Part shown: positions 26,145 to 40,359 of the stretch, in pieces
Numbering within the stretch: position 1 is the stretch's first letter
How the letters are laid out: every line of letters starts with the position of its first letter
NCBI GenBank assembly: GCA_951406725.2
Contig: OX597817.1
Span: 68,448,001-68,512,000, forward strand
Direction: 5' to 3'
From: Octopus vulgaris
Taxonomy: Eukaryota
Length of the DNA: 64,000 nt
Notes under the pieces: model-generated
The model's input: only the letters and a program-made list of their open reading frames with translations
What the model was told of the DNA's origin: nothing
Database searches by the model: none
Made by a program: the position numbers and the translations under genes

Positions 26145-27208
26145 ACATACATATATATATATACATATATATATATATTTTTTTATTTATATAGTTTCAG
26201 CTCACAAGCTGTGGCCATGCTGGGGCACCGCCATTTGGTGTTGCTTCATGATTTTACTTCACGGGTGCTTTTTAGCAATTGCCATTTGGTGCATGAGAGA
26301 GTTCGATGCAGCTGCCCTCGTCTGCTCATCTGGGATACCTGACAAGAAGAGATCCAGTTTCATTTTAAAGACATCTGCGTCCACCCCATGCATGTCTCTT
26401 AGGTTCTTCGGGAGGATTTTGAAGAGCTGTGGGCCTCGGAAGCCCAGGCTATCACGGTATCTTGTCCTACATCTTGATGGCAAATTTGGAGTCCTTGGCA
26501 CTATGCAGTGGCGCCCAGTTCTGGCATTTGTGTAACTCTCGATGCCAAAGTTTGGGACAAGTCCTTCTAGGATCTTCCAGATGTATATTATGACATATCT
26601 TTCTCGCCTACGCTCTAAGGAATAGAGTCTCAATCTCTTGAGTCTTTCCCAATAGCTTATATGCTGCACAGAGGCTATCTTCTTCGCGTAGCTTCGTTGG
26701 ATCGCCTCAAGTTCTGTGATTAACTTGACACTGGATGGTGACCATAGCTGAGAGCAATAGTCAAAGTAGCTTAGGACAAGTGTCCTCCAAAGGACCATCA
26801 TGGTTTCCTGGTCTCTTGTTCTGAAGGTTCTAAGAATCCATCTGGTCAGCCGCCTACATTTCATTGCCAATTTAGCAACATGCACATGAAAGGTTGCATC
26901 ATCACTCATGTAAATACCCAGGTCTCGCACTGATTGTGCCTCTGGGATTGCAGTCCCTCCAGGTCCAGTGTATTTATTGGGTATTGCATTTAGTTTTGCG
27001 TGCTGATAGCATAGAGCTTGAAACATTACAGCATTGAACTGCATGCTATTCTTTTCAGCCCACTTGTATATTTTGTCCAGCTCACATTGCAGGTGCTTAA
27101 TGTCTTCAGGGTTCTGTATTGCCTGTGAAACTTTTGTATCATCTGCATAACTTGTGATTCTGGCTCTCTGCGTGGGTGAGGGCATGTCTGAGAGGGCCAT
27201 TATGAACA

Positions 27209-27875
<667 letters not shown>

Positions 27876-27901
27876 CTTCTCTTCTATACATTTGAACCTT
27901 A

Positions 27902-29107
27902 TAGAGAGAGTGTTCAGTAAAGATTTCCCTGACCCATTTCAGATTATTGCAGGAAAGCGAAATTGTGTTGGTATAATTATACATGTCTCTCCATATCACA
28001 TTGTAAGTTACAGCTTTCCACTAGTATTCGTTCATCTTTTACGGCTACTAAAGAGGACTAAGGTGTGATAATTGAGGCAGTTGAATGCAGATCAATCAGG
28101 TTCTTATACTTGAAAGGTCGTACATCAAATGAGATTTTCGGTGACACGAAAAGAGTTAAATGGTGATGATGCACCATCATACTGACGGTCGGACATCGGT
28201 AGTAACTGCTCCTATTCCTGAACGACCACATTCCATCATTGATAACAATACCATCTATAAAGTGGAAGTCACCACTTTGGAGGATCGCTGCATATCTATT
28301 CGGCAGCTAGCTCAAGAAGTGAAGATAAGTGTAGGTAAAAATAATTCACGACCATTTGCACATCATACGGAAGTTGTCTGCACAAGGGATTTCCCGGATG
28401 CTCACACATTTTCAGATGCAAGAACGAGTCAGTTGTTCCCAGGCTCTTTTGGCAATGTGCCAAGAAAACGAGGAGGACTTTTTCAGCAGACTTAACACAC
28501 AGGATGAAACATGGGTCCATCACTGTAATCCTGAGACTAAAGTCCAGTCGAAGCAATGGAAACATGATAACTCAAACCTTCAAAGAAGGATCGAGTCCAG
28601 CCCTCAGCAAGCAAGGTAATGCTCACAGTTTTGGGGGACCAGCGTTGGGTAGTGATGATGGATTTTCTGGCAAAGGGCACCACAATGAACAGGGAATATT
28701 ATGCATCTCTGCTGCAGTAAATGCGGGAAGCCATCAAAGCAGAGGTGTGGCATGCTGACCAAAGTGGTTCGTCTCCTCCAAGACAACGTCCCAGTTCATA
28801 ATGTACATGTTGCTCAAATGAAGTCCTTTTTAATCCCCCTTACTCGCCCGACCTTACAGTATCTGACTTCCATCTCTTTCCAACCATGAAGTCTTTTTTG
28901 AAGGGGAAGCACTTTTCGGACGATGACGAAATTATTTCTTGGCTCCAGACGCAAACTACCAACTTCTACAGACGAAGCCTTCACAGCTGCCTAATGGGGG
29001 AAGTGTGTGGCCATTGGTGTAGAGGAGGACTAATAATTATGCCAAGTTTCATATATCGTAGTCCTTGGGAAGTGGATCAGGGAAATCTTTAATAAACACT
29101 TCTTCTA
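27902..29107 (+). mobile_element. mariner transposon with transposase pseudogene
   Basis: TIRs gtgttcagtaaagatttccctgacccatt and agtggatcagggaaatctttaataaacac; TA flanks; TQDETWVHHCNPETKVQSKQW and LLQDNVPVH motifs; frameshifts. Confidence 0.88.
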
Positions 29108-29155
29108 TATGTATGCATGTGTATATATATATGTTTATATGTGCGTATATATACA

Positions 29156-29244
<89 letters not shown>

Positions 29245-29815
29245 TCACTCAAACACATACATACACGTATCATATTTGACACGATTTGTTAAATTTCCCT
29301 CCATCAAGATGTTCTAGTAAAACGTTTAATGGGCTACAAATTTAGGATGTAAATTCCATTCCTCTTCGAATTTGCTGTTGATAATTTCCTTATTTGAAGT
29401 GCATCATTCACTACATTGTCTTGCCTTCAAATTTATCTACCTGTCAACTGGATGTCTTTTCTGCTTTACTACTTAGTTGTCATTTGGGAACATTCAAATC
29501 GAGATCCATGTATCTTTCATCTATGTTGAAGTTGTCCTTTTGACAAACATTTCAATGGTGAGTAGAACTAGCAGATGTCATTCACTGCACTACATTTATG
29601 AGGTTGAAGCTTGCCTTCAATTCATGTAGTTATTCATTGTAAGAGATATGGATCTTATCCTTAACTGTGTCATATCTCAACACTTATTTTATAGTTGTCG
29701 CAGAGCAGCTAAATCAATTTCATTCACTTATTTCGTTATTCTCTCTTTTTTATATTTATTCTTCGAAATCGACTTGCCTTACATTTCCCTTTCGGCAGCA
29801 ATTCTTATTTTATCT

Positions 29816-29965
29816 CTTCTTCTTCTTCTTCTTCTTCTTCTTCTTCTTCTTCTTCTTCTTCTTCTTCTTCTTCTTCTTCTTCTTCTTCTTCTTCTTCTTC
29901 TTCTTCTTCTTCTTCTTCTTCTTCTTCTTCTTCTTCTTCTTCTTCTTCTTCTTCTTCTTCTTCTT
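29816..29965. repeat. (TTC)n microsatellite
   Basis: Perfect trinucleotide run of about 150 bp. Confidence 0.95.
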
Positions 29966-30426
29966 CCCCCCTCCTTCTCCTCCTCCTCCTACATGTCGTG
30001 TCTGCAATTTCTCTCTATCTTTGTGTCTATTTCTTTTTACCAGGAATTACCTAATTGGTGAGCAATTCTCTCCCTTTCCCTTCTCATCCTTTCCAACTCT
30101 TCTTGTGATATACTAATATCTTTTTATGTTTCCTTAAACATTTGTACCTTCTCCAGCTCTTACATTCATATCAACTTTCTTGCAGACAAGACTTTTTTTC
30201 TGTACAGAACATTTACAGTTCTTTTTTGTTATTGCCTCATCCAAGCTTCGTTGTCCCATTTACAATTTTTTTTCTTTCTAATGCTCCCCTTTTTGCTTAT
30301 CTTGCTCAGTTTCGCCATTATTTTGTTTCATGGAACAATTATTTGGAAAAGGCTTTAAACGCACGTTCATTTCACTCAATGTATGGTTCGAGTATTACAA
30401 ACATGATGCACTTGCTTAAGGTTATG

Positions 30427-30493
<67 letters not shown>

Positions 30494-30583
30494 TACATAC
30501 ATGCATGCATACATACATATATATATACATAAGCTATTTAACGTTTTAATTTTTAATGATTCTGTAATTCTTTGTGATGTGAA

Positions 30584-30905
30584 GACGCATGCCTCACTGG
30601 TTAGAGCGTCGGGCACACAATCATGAGGTAGTGCGTTCGATTTCCGGACTGAGCTATGCGTTGTGTTCTTGAGCAAGTCACTTTATTTTATGTTGCTCCA
30701 GTTTACTCAGTTCTACAAAGGAGTTGCGATGTCACTGCCCTTTACCTTTCCCATTGAATAACATCGCTGTCGCAGAAAGGAGAAACTGGTATGCATGGGA
30801 GACTGCTGGTCTTCTATAAGAAACCTTGCCCGGACTTGTGCCTTAGAGGAGAACTTTCTAGACGCAATCCCATGGTCATTCATGACTGAAGGAGGTTTTT
30901 ATCCT
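30584..30905 (+). mobile_element. tRNA-derived SINE, family C
   Basis: tggttagagcg..gttcgatttcc head, gtgttcttgagcaagtcacttta core; related to 42625-42905 (-). Confidence 0.75.
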
Positions 30906-32020
30906 TTAATTCGTTGAAGCAGACAGAATTATCATTTTTTAATAATACTGTAATTCCCTGGAAGAAAAGAAAAAAGAATGAAATAAGAAATATGTAATAT
31001 GTATTCCCATGCTTGTCTTTACTGTTGTTTTTTTACCATTGTTGTCTCAATAAACAATATTTTTAAACATTTGCACATGCAATATACTAACAGAGCTTAT
31101 GTCACCTGCTCCTTTTGTCGCATAATACAACACTTAATCATACATCCCTCTCGACTACTGCTTCTTTGACAGTCGTTTGCAATCCGACAAATTTCTCTCC
31201 GACAGTCGTCACAAACTAACTGTCGTTTGACAGTATAAGCTTTTTAGAATTGTTATTTCTAATTCAGTGGTACTGGAAGGGAATAACGATTCATAACGAA
31301 AATGGATAAATATTTAACTACAGATTGCTCTCTGTTGTCAGAAATAACGATTGCTCAAAATCTATAATATGTATATGTAATATTTCAACAAAGAAAACTT
31401 TCCTTGATAAATTGTATGACAATGTCTGCATTTTACTAAATTTGTTTTCAGAACCCGACGAAACTTCCTCTGCTTTCCCTCACTGCTTATTTATTCTCGT
31501 GACGGGCACGCCAAATAAGGGAGCAATCGCAATGCGTATTATATTATACTAGCATAACCGTGTCGTCGAAAAAACCGATAGTTTTATTAAATGTAGAAAA
31601 TAGCATACCAAAGCAATGAGAAAAGCCATTGTTAAATGTCAGCAGTCGAGTAAATAGATGTATAAACTCAGAAGAGAAGCACTTGAAGAATCAGATACGG
31701 TTGTAAGGTCCTGGAGGAAAAATATTCCCTCCCACCGTCCCCAAACGCACACACAGATATGAAGTATGCATCCACTTTTCCATGTTCGCATGGACCAGAC
31801 TGATATTTATATGGGTGGATGCTATTCCTGTCGCCATCCCTCACCTATTTTCCAGTAATATTTCACAATGCTCACACATGATTACATGGCAGACTGGAAA
31901 CGAGAATCATCATAGCTCTGGCATAACAATGACACTAGCTTAATACTATGACCTGATATCAAGGCAAGGAGGTAATAAAGTACACATACATACATAGACA
32001 CACGCAGAAATACATATATG

Positions 32021-32105
<85 letters not shown>

Positions 32106-32108
32106 TAA

Positions 32109-32325
32109 GGTGGTGAGGAAGGCAAACAGTTAGTGAAGGTAGGTCTATGGCATTTAAGTTCATTTACTTCAATCTAAAAATAGTGAAATAATACAAAACC
32201 GGTAAAAATAGTGGCGATATCTAATATCTTTACCAGTTTTACATTATTTTACTATTTTAGATTGAATTAAATTAAATCAAATGTCATTGTCCTGCCTTGA
32301 CTAATTGTTTGCCTTTCTCACTACT
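32109..32325. repeat. Imperfect palindrome with arms of about 100 bp
   Basis: ttcaatctaaaaatagt..aaaaccggtaaa versus tttaccagtttt..actattttagattgaa; outer gtgaggaaggcaaaca versus tgtttgcctttctcac. Confidence 0.8.
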
Positions 32326-32508
32326 TCAACAGATACCTACTGACTCAAAGGTAAGCCATCAACTGCCAGGTTTTTGTTTTCGAACAAGACAATCACACAA
32401 CCACAACTCCAGTTGCTGATCTAACTGCAAGTTTGTGGATTACCTACTGGAGCACTCAGAGTACATACCTATTCATTTGGGTTACCTTGACCTAAACTCC
32501 TCATATTT

Positions 32509-32638
<130 letters not shown>

Positions 32639-32649
32639 TGTGTGTGAAT

Positions 32650-34312
32650 ATATACAGGCTTCAGATTTTCATGAAATTTGAACCATAGGTATTAGAAATA
32701 AATCTTAAAAATGCACTCAAAATTTCTATTTCTTTGGATGATTCTAAGACCTCTTGATGGGAGCTTAACTCCTGAATTTTAGTTATTTTTCATGGACCAA
32801 AATTACTGAATGGATCCTTATGATATTTGGAACTTAGATTCGATGCATAAGGGCTGGTATAATGTAGTATGCTTGGTGTTAATTTGAGGTGGCTTAAAGT
32901 GGGGAGAAAGACCCATGAAAATTCATGAATTTCCGATGTTGATAAAATTGACACAAATCAAGAAGTATTCCCAAAGTTTCTGCTTCTCATAAGGATTCTA
33001 AGACCCCCTAATAGGTGCTTTAACTCCCATATTTTTGTCATTTTTTATGATCTAAATCAAGATCAAAAGTACTGAATGGAATTTTATGAAATTTGGAAAT
33101 AATATTCTATGCATAAGGACATGTGTAATGCAAGTAGATGTTTGAAAGTAAAGGGGCATAAATTAGGTCATATCCCCATGAAAATTCATATATTTTTGCT
33201 GTTGATAAAATTTTAACCATTGATATTAGACACAAAGGATTATTCCTAAAATTTCAACTTCTTGGGAGCTAGTAAGACCCCTTAATATGGGCTTAATCCC
33301 CACAATTTAGTCATTTTTTTCTCAGCCAAGAAAGATGCAGAGTCACCCGAGGATACAAGATAAGCGTTATTTGTAATTCAATGGTATAACAGTGTAAGAG
33401 TATGCGTGGTGCATAAATTGTCAAGTAAAGGAGAGGAACCTTTGCCTCCATTGATTCAGTTGTAAAATGTTATTTTGAGTAAAGTTATTTCGTTGCAGAC
33501 TTCCTTTGAGTCTTTTTATTATCACTGCGTCAGAGATAGTCCCAAGATGGTTACATTGGTTTCAAGGTCTTTCCTGATAAGTGATTGGTCATTCAAAGAG
33601 ATTTATGGACTGCAAATTTATTCTGTTCATTTACTTATCGGCATAGTGGTCATTGGCAAACTCCAGAGGTGACACTTTCATTTTCCCTTAGCCCTCACGC
33701 CTCACAGCGTTAATGTTTATTTGAGTTGGGCTACGCCCTTCCAATTGCTATAGATCCGTAATGCATCTTACGACTGTGCCGGTCACCTGTATGGTAAGGA
33801 ATCCTACATTGGGGAGTAGTAACGACTAGGGTAGGGTAGCTGACTGCTTATTGTGATCATTCCTCTAGCTTTGCTCTCTTTTACAAACCCAGTGAATATT
33901 CATATATTTCCGATTTCAAAGAAATTTGAACAATAGATATAAGGCACAAGCTAAAAAAGATACCCAACAATTAAACTACTCTGGTTGACTTTAAGACCCC
34001 CATAGTAGAGGCCTTAACTTCCACATTTTACTGCTCCAGGTTCTCCATGTGCTCCATTTTTCGGGAGCAAAAGCCTTTGAACATGCTTTATAAGATTTGG
34101 ATTTTGGAATCTGGGCATAAAGATGAGTATGGGATAAATATGTCATGATTTGTTAGGATGATTAAAGAGGGATAGAACCCTCATTAAAATTCTTAATCTT
34201 CAATTTTTATCAAATTCGAATCATAGGTATTCCAGTTCATTACAGAAAATATAAAAGAAAAGTCTAATTCTTCAATTCCATGTGACACGGGCAACGCCGG
34301 GTATCTCTGGTA
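32650..34312 (+). mobile_element. Probable non-autonomous Helitron-like element with diverged internal repeats of about 260-270 bp
   Basis: Recurring taagaccc..ttaactcc..atgaaatttg units near 32745, 32999, 33273 and 33991; 3' end cgggcaacgccgggtatctctg. Confidence 0.55.
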
Positions 34313-34325
34313 ATATATATATATT

Positions 34326-34517
34326 CTTTTAATTGTTTCAGTCGTTTGACTACGGCTATGCTGGAGTACCGCCTTTAGTCGAGCAAATCGACAGCAAGAT
34401 TTATTCTTTGTAAGCTTAGTACTTATTCTGTCGATCTCTTTTGCCAAACCGCTTAGTTACGGGGACGTAAACACATCGGCATCGGTTGTCAAGCGATGTT
34501 ATTGGACAAACTTAGAC

Positions 34518-34550
<33 letters not shown>

Positions 34551-35146
34551 TGAGGGGCTTCTTTCATTTTCCTTCTACCAAATCCACTCACAAGGCTTTG
34601 GTCGGCCGAGGCTATAGTAGAAGACACTTGCCCAATGTGCCACGCAGTGGGACTGAACACCAAGGAACCAGCATGACTGCCGAAATCCACATTACACAGG
34701 CACAAACACGCGCACACGCGCATACGCGTGCGCACAAGCACACATACACACAGAGAGGCACAGACATGGCTGTACCGAAAGACATTTCCTTTCCAACCAT
34801 ATGTTTCCGGGTTCAGTCCCACTGCATGGCACCTTGTGCAAGTGTCCTACTATAGTTTCGAGACGACCAAAGCCTAGCGTGTGGATTTGGTAGGCGAAAA
34901 CTGAAAGAAGTCCGTCGTATATAGTATATGTGAGTGTGTGTGTCTGTATATGCGCGCACATGATTGTGCGTGTCTCCTATCTGCGTTAGCACCCTCCACT
35001 GCTTGACAGCCGAAATTGGTGGGTTTACGTTCCCGTAACCCAGCGGTTCGGAAAAGATTTCGAAAAGTAAATACCAGACTTAATAAAAAAAGAGCAAGTA
35101 CTGAGGTCCACTCATTCGACTAAAATTATTTAATGCGGTGCCCAAG
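34326..35146. mobile_element. Two head-to-head SINE family B copies (34326-34660 minus; 34765-35146 plus)
   Basis: Family B motifs in opposite orientations. Confidence 0.8.
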
Positions 35147-35299
35147 CAAGGGCACATTACGACACCTGATTTTTCCAATTTTTCCTCGCATATCAACACT
35201 TCAAAACTATAAAGCCACTGATATATTTTCATCTCTTTCCAGACTGTTTAGGAAAATATTCGACTCCGTCGTATTCTTGAGATCCAGATTACACTTCCA

Positions 35300-35715
35300 G
35301 TATGCCTGAAGCAACAAAAATTTTCTGAAATTGAACAACAGAAGAGGAAGATTCTTGCATTGAAAGTGGAAGGAATGAGTAACCAGAATATTGCCGGAAA
35401 GATTCGGCGAAGCAAAACGCCAGCTACATCAGAAAGGAATGAAAGGGCCATTGTCAGAGCTGTGAAAAAGTCACGCTGTTCTTCTGTTTCCAAAATCAAG
35501 ACATCAGCAGGAGAAGGAACCTCGACATCCACTGTAAGAAAAGTGATTTTGAACCATGGTTTCCACCTGAAGAAGCGACTGGCGCCCTAGTGATAGTCAA
35601 GGGTGTTGCCCTTTCTTCATTGGTGAAGCATTAAAGTAAAATGTTGAGTGAAATACTCAATGAAAACTGAAACCGGATTGTGTGCTTGGTTCAGTGCAAA
35701 CTTATTTCTATAGTG
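35300..35715 (+). mobile_element. Internally deleted Tc1-like transposase fragment
   Basis: ILALKVEGMSNQNIAGKIRRSKT..TSERNERAIVRAV..STSTVRKVI, a paired HTH pattern. Confidence 0.6.
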
Positions 35716-36320
35716 CTTACAAAAATGTTATGCAGGATCTAAAATATTTTTCTGCGAAATATCATCTTTAAAATTATTTAAATTTTTCTTCTATTTTCTG
35801 TAAACAATTCTTTATTGATTTTAGTTACGGAAACAAAAAAAGAAAAAACCTGAAATCAAGTGAAAAAGAAAACAAAAAAAAAAAAGAATCATCGAAACAG
35901 CTCATGGTGCGAATATAGAAACATAGAGAACAAAATAAATATTGCGTATTGTTTGTTTTCTCAAGAATAGATTTGTATTTAAAGGAATTTTGTTTGAGGC
36001 AATATCTGAAGTATCAATCTATTATATTAATATTTCTTTATCCAAGTCAATGTACTTCATTTATTCTATGAATTGCACACGCACCGTGTATACTGGAGTA
36101 TGATAACCAATGTGGTCATTTGATGTACTAAAAATACCAGCCAAATCTATCACCTTTCACAATATAACATCGTAAATGAAATAATCATAGATTATAGAAG
36201 GTATTTCTATATAACAATACATAGATGAAACACACAATACATGCCGCCTAAAGTCTGCTTGACCTGGAAAGACCTGGAACTAAGCAAGAATAATTCGACT
36301 GCAATATATGAGCCAACGGA

Positions 36321-36737
36321 GGGCGGCGAGCTAGCAGAAACGTTAGCACGTCGGGCGAAATGTTTAGCGGTATTTCGGCTGCCGCCACGTTCTGAGTTCA
36401 AATTCCGCCGAGGTCGACTTTGCTTTTCATCCTTTCGGGGTCGATTAAATAAGTACCAGTTACGCACTGGGGTCGATGTAATCGATTTAATCCGTTTGTC
36501 TGTCCTTGTTTGTCTTCTCTGTGTTTAGCCCCTTGTGGGTAATAAAGAAATAGGTATTTCGTCTGCCGTTACGTTCTGAGTTCAAATTCCGCCGAGGTCG
36601 ACTTTGCCTTTCATCCTTTCGGGGTCGATTAAATAAGTACCAGATACGCACTGGGTTTGATGTAATCGACTTAATCCCTTTGTCTCTCCTTGTTTGTCCC
36701 CACTATGTTCAGCCCCTTGTGGGCAATAAAGAAATAA
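36321..36737 (+). mobile_element. SINE family A with a tandemly duplicated body
   Basis: Head plus body, then the body repeats from ggtatttcgtctgcc at 36553. Confidence 0.9.
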
Positions 36738-36960
36738 CTAGATGAGCTAACGGAAGTGCCTCTAGGTGTTCACACTCGAATAACACCGTTTCCTTTTTAA
36801 AAAGAATGTAATATACATGCTATATAATATAGCATGTGATGTATAATGTCCATAAGAAGGTTAGGATAGTAATGGCAGGGATCGGTTTGATCCTAAATCT
36901 GCTAAACTTGTGATGAACTGAAGTTAAACAACAACGACAAATACATTATTATTTTATACT

Positions 36961-37196
36961 TCTTTCAGTCATTGTACTGCGCCCTTGCTGAGGCACTTCC
37001 TTGATGGGCTTAGTCGAAAAAATCACTACACCAGTACTTATTTTTAAGCTCGATATTTATTCTATCAGTTTCTATTGCTAAACAGCTAAATTACTTGAAC
37101 CAACACTTGTCATCACAAGCGGTGAGGTAGGATAAACACAACGATACACACATATATACACACAGACGTAAACACACACACACACACACACACACA

Positions 37197-37288
<92 letters not shown>

Positions 37289-37440
37289 ATGGGCTTCCAA
37301 ACAGCTTCCGTCATCCAAATACGCTCACAAAGTATTAATTGGCCTGGCATTTAGTAGAAGACACTTGTCCAAAATACCGCGCGCAGCTGGACTGAACCTG
37401 AAGTCACATGGCTGCAAAGCAAGTTTCTTAACTACACTGC
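36961..37440 (-). mobile_element. SINE family B, diverged, with long internal (CA)n
   Basis: Family B motifs on the minus strand. Confidence 0.75.
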
Positions 37441-37964
37441 CATCTCTCTATATTAGATTACATCCATTTAAACCTATGATCAAAGACGATCTAGGTATGA
37501 CCACTCCATTTATCCATTTTTTCAAAGCTGCGTGAATGAAAGGACATTTAGCTGCTGTCGAGAGAAACCATATAGATACTTGCCCACATTGTTATTTTTC
37601 GTGTCCTTTCCATCTTAATCAACCAATGATCAAGTAGACTAATGTTTAAAGACGTTTTAACTGTAACAATTTCGTCTGGCGTCTTGATAATATATCTCAG
37701 ATAACATAACTTAATGTGTCCCTCCTGTATAAATTGAAAGAAAATTAGTAGCTACATCTCGCAGTTTAAGCCAGTGGTATAGCAAGGGTTCTTAGCGTAA
37801 CGAGACGAAGAAACTTCGTAGGATTCCACTCAATTAATGGGCATTGTAGGTTAAAGGAAAATTTTGAATCCTTTCATATTTGCACCTTGAAGCGATTTTC
37901 TCTGTCACCACGCCTTGCTACGCCTCTGTACTAACCGACTAGGTAACGACTCATGTCTTTTTTA

Positions 37965-38270
37965 ATACCATCACCAGCCAAGTGCCTTCCTTGTGTTCAG
38001 TGTTCAGTTTATCAAAACTCTCCTGTCACCTCTGTGTTGTGCTACATGCAGTCAACCAGGCTTTTGTTTCCGGTCTATTCTTTGATGTCGTTAGTCCACA
38101 AACGACTGTGACGGCCTCTTGCCCCCTTCCTCTTCACACTTCCTCTCAGAATGGTCTTGTGCAATGACTCGTGGCACATCGTATGTCCCAAAATAGCATG
38201 GCTTTTTTGACTTGATTCTCGACAGCAGGTGTCTTTGGACTTTCGACTTGTAAAGTACTGCATCATTTGT
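37965..38270 (-). mobile_element. RTE-type LINE 3' fragment
   Basis: LLSRIKSKK..YFG and SLHKTILRGSVKRKGARGRHSRLWTNDIKE resemble the RTE C-terminus. Confidence 0.65.
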
Positions 38271-38331
38271 CACTCTGACTTTCCGCCTTATTCTCCCCAA
38301 TCTAAGAAAGATCAACACCTCATACGTATAT

Positions 38332-38493
38332 ATATATCCAAGAAGAAAACGGAGGAAAAATAACAGGAAGAAGTTGGTCAATTGCGCTAGTAAGGTATTA
38401 ATTTAATTAATTAATAATCAATTAATTAATTTAATTAATGGGTTACTAGCGCAAACTTCTTTCTGTTATTTTTCCATTTTCTTCTTGCATATA
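38332..38493. repeat. Imperfect palindrome
   Basis: caagaagaaaa..ggaaaaataacag..tgcgctagtaa versus ttactagcgca..ctgttatttttcc..ttttcttcttg. Confidence 0.8.
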
Positions 38494-38621
38494 ATTTACA
38501 CTACGGTTTACCTGCTGAGTTACCTGCTACCGTATACCCTTTACCAAGGACTGTACCTACGCAGCTAATCACCAGGACCACCTTTAGATTTAACCATCCC
38601 TTAGAGGTTTTAAACACCTCT

Positions 38622-38679
<58 letters not shown>

Positions 38680-38714
38680 GAAAATAACTATGACTTAATT
38701 TTTCCTCTCACACC

Positions 38715-38769
38715 GTCTCCGATGAAGGGATATTATTATTAATTAATATTCTAGAAACAGCTGTAAGAC
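38715..38769 (+). ncRNA. Minimal type I hammerhead-like motif (Penelope type)
   Basis: gtct-CCGATGA-agggatatt..aatattcta-GAAA-cagctg-TA-agac; palindromic helix III. Confidence 0.65.
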
Positions 38770-38837
38770 CTATCTATAAATGCTTTAATATCTATACAGC
38801 CTTGGGTTTCTTTTTATCACATTACGCAAAAAAAAAA

Positions 38838-38887
<50 letters not shown>

Positions 38888-39457
38888 CATATATATATAT
38901 AACAAAACAGTTTACTAGCGTCATTAGGTGCAATGTTATGTCTTTTAATTTGAAGAACTGTTCCATTCCCATAAATGTAGTTATAAATGTTACCCAGTAT
39001 AGGAAATGCCTGTGTAGTAATTCTGTGCGAACTGGAATAAGCTCCAGCAGAATATCCGCCTCTGCAGAGTAGATCTACATACTAAGAGAAAATTCTAAAT
39101 TCCAGTTTTAATAATTGTGGTTTTATGGAATGGTGAAAATGTTGCTGCAAATGGAGAAAATACTGAAGACATTTTATAGTATTTTCATGTACTTGTTCAG
39201 TTAATGGGTATTTTTCTGAAATGTGGGAGAAAAAAAAAAGATAAGAAAATACAGGTGAAAGAAGAAAATGCAGACGTTGGAAAACAGATAAAAAAAAAAA
39301 CAAACGAAAAGAAGACAAATAAAAAGAAAACTAAGTAGACGACGGAGAGGGAAGAAAATAAAGACAAAGAGGAAAGATGAAGAATAAAAACAGAAAGAAG
39401 TAAGAAAAAGAAACGAAAAGATAAAAGAAAAGGAAGGAGAAGAAACAGATGCAGAAA

Positions 39458-39537
39458 AGAAGAAGAAGAAGAAGAAGAAGAAGAAGAAGAAGAAGAAGAA
39501 GAAGAAGAAGAAGAAGAAGAAGAAGAAGAAGAAGAAG
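39458..39537. repeat. (GAA)n microsatellite
   Basis: Perfect trinucleotide run. Confidence 0.95.
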
Positions 39538-39691
39538 ACTTGGTTGAAAGAGAAAAAAAAATACGAAGGTGGAGTCGCGTCACATATTTTGTGAATAATG
39601 GTAGCCTGCTATTTCTAAAGATAGACATAATGACATTTTTACGATTCAGAAGTTAAAATGCACTTTAAATGATACAAACAACATGTACAGT

Positions 39692-39797
<106 letters not shown>

Positions 39798-40150
39798 AAT
39801 GATGATGATGATGATAATCACCACTATAACAAATACATATATACAGACAGGAAAAGTGTATTTACATCGCGATTTCTTATCTTAGATAAATCAATTTTAG
39901 AGATGCAAATTGCTTTAACAATATATCCATTAACGAGTTAACTTTGCTTGGAGATTGTCTTTTATGTTTCTTGTATATCTGTATATTTCACATTTTCCTT
40001 CGTGTTACAGCTTAAACAATAATCTTTCCTTTATTAGCCACAGGGGCTTCTCATGTACACGCACATAACATTTTGTACAAAAATTGTTACAAATATATTG
40101 AGAGGTGTGTACATATGTGTATGTGTATGTGTGTATACAGTATATGTATG

Positions 40151-40182
<32 letters not shown>

Positions 40183-40262
40183 TAGATATAAATATAGACA
40201 GATAGATGTATATGTATGTGTGTATGTAAGTGAATATATATATTCATATATATGTGTGTTTG

Positions 40263-40359
<97 letters not shown>

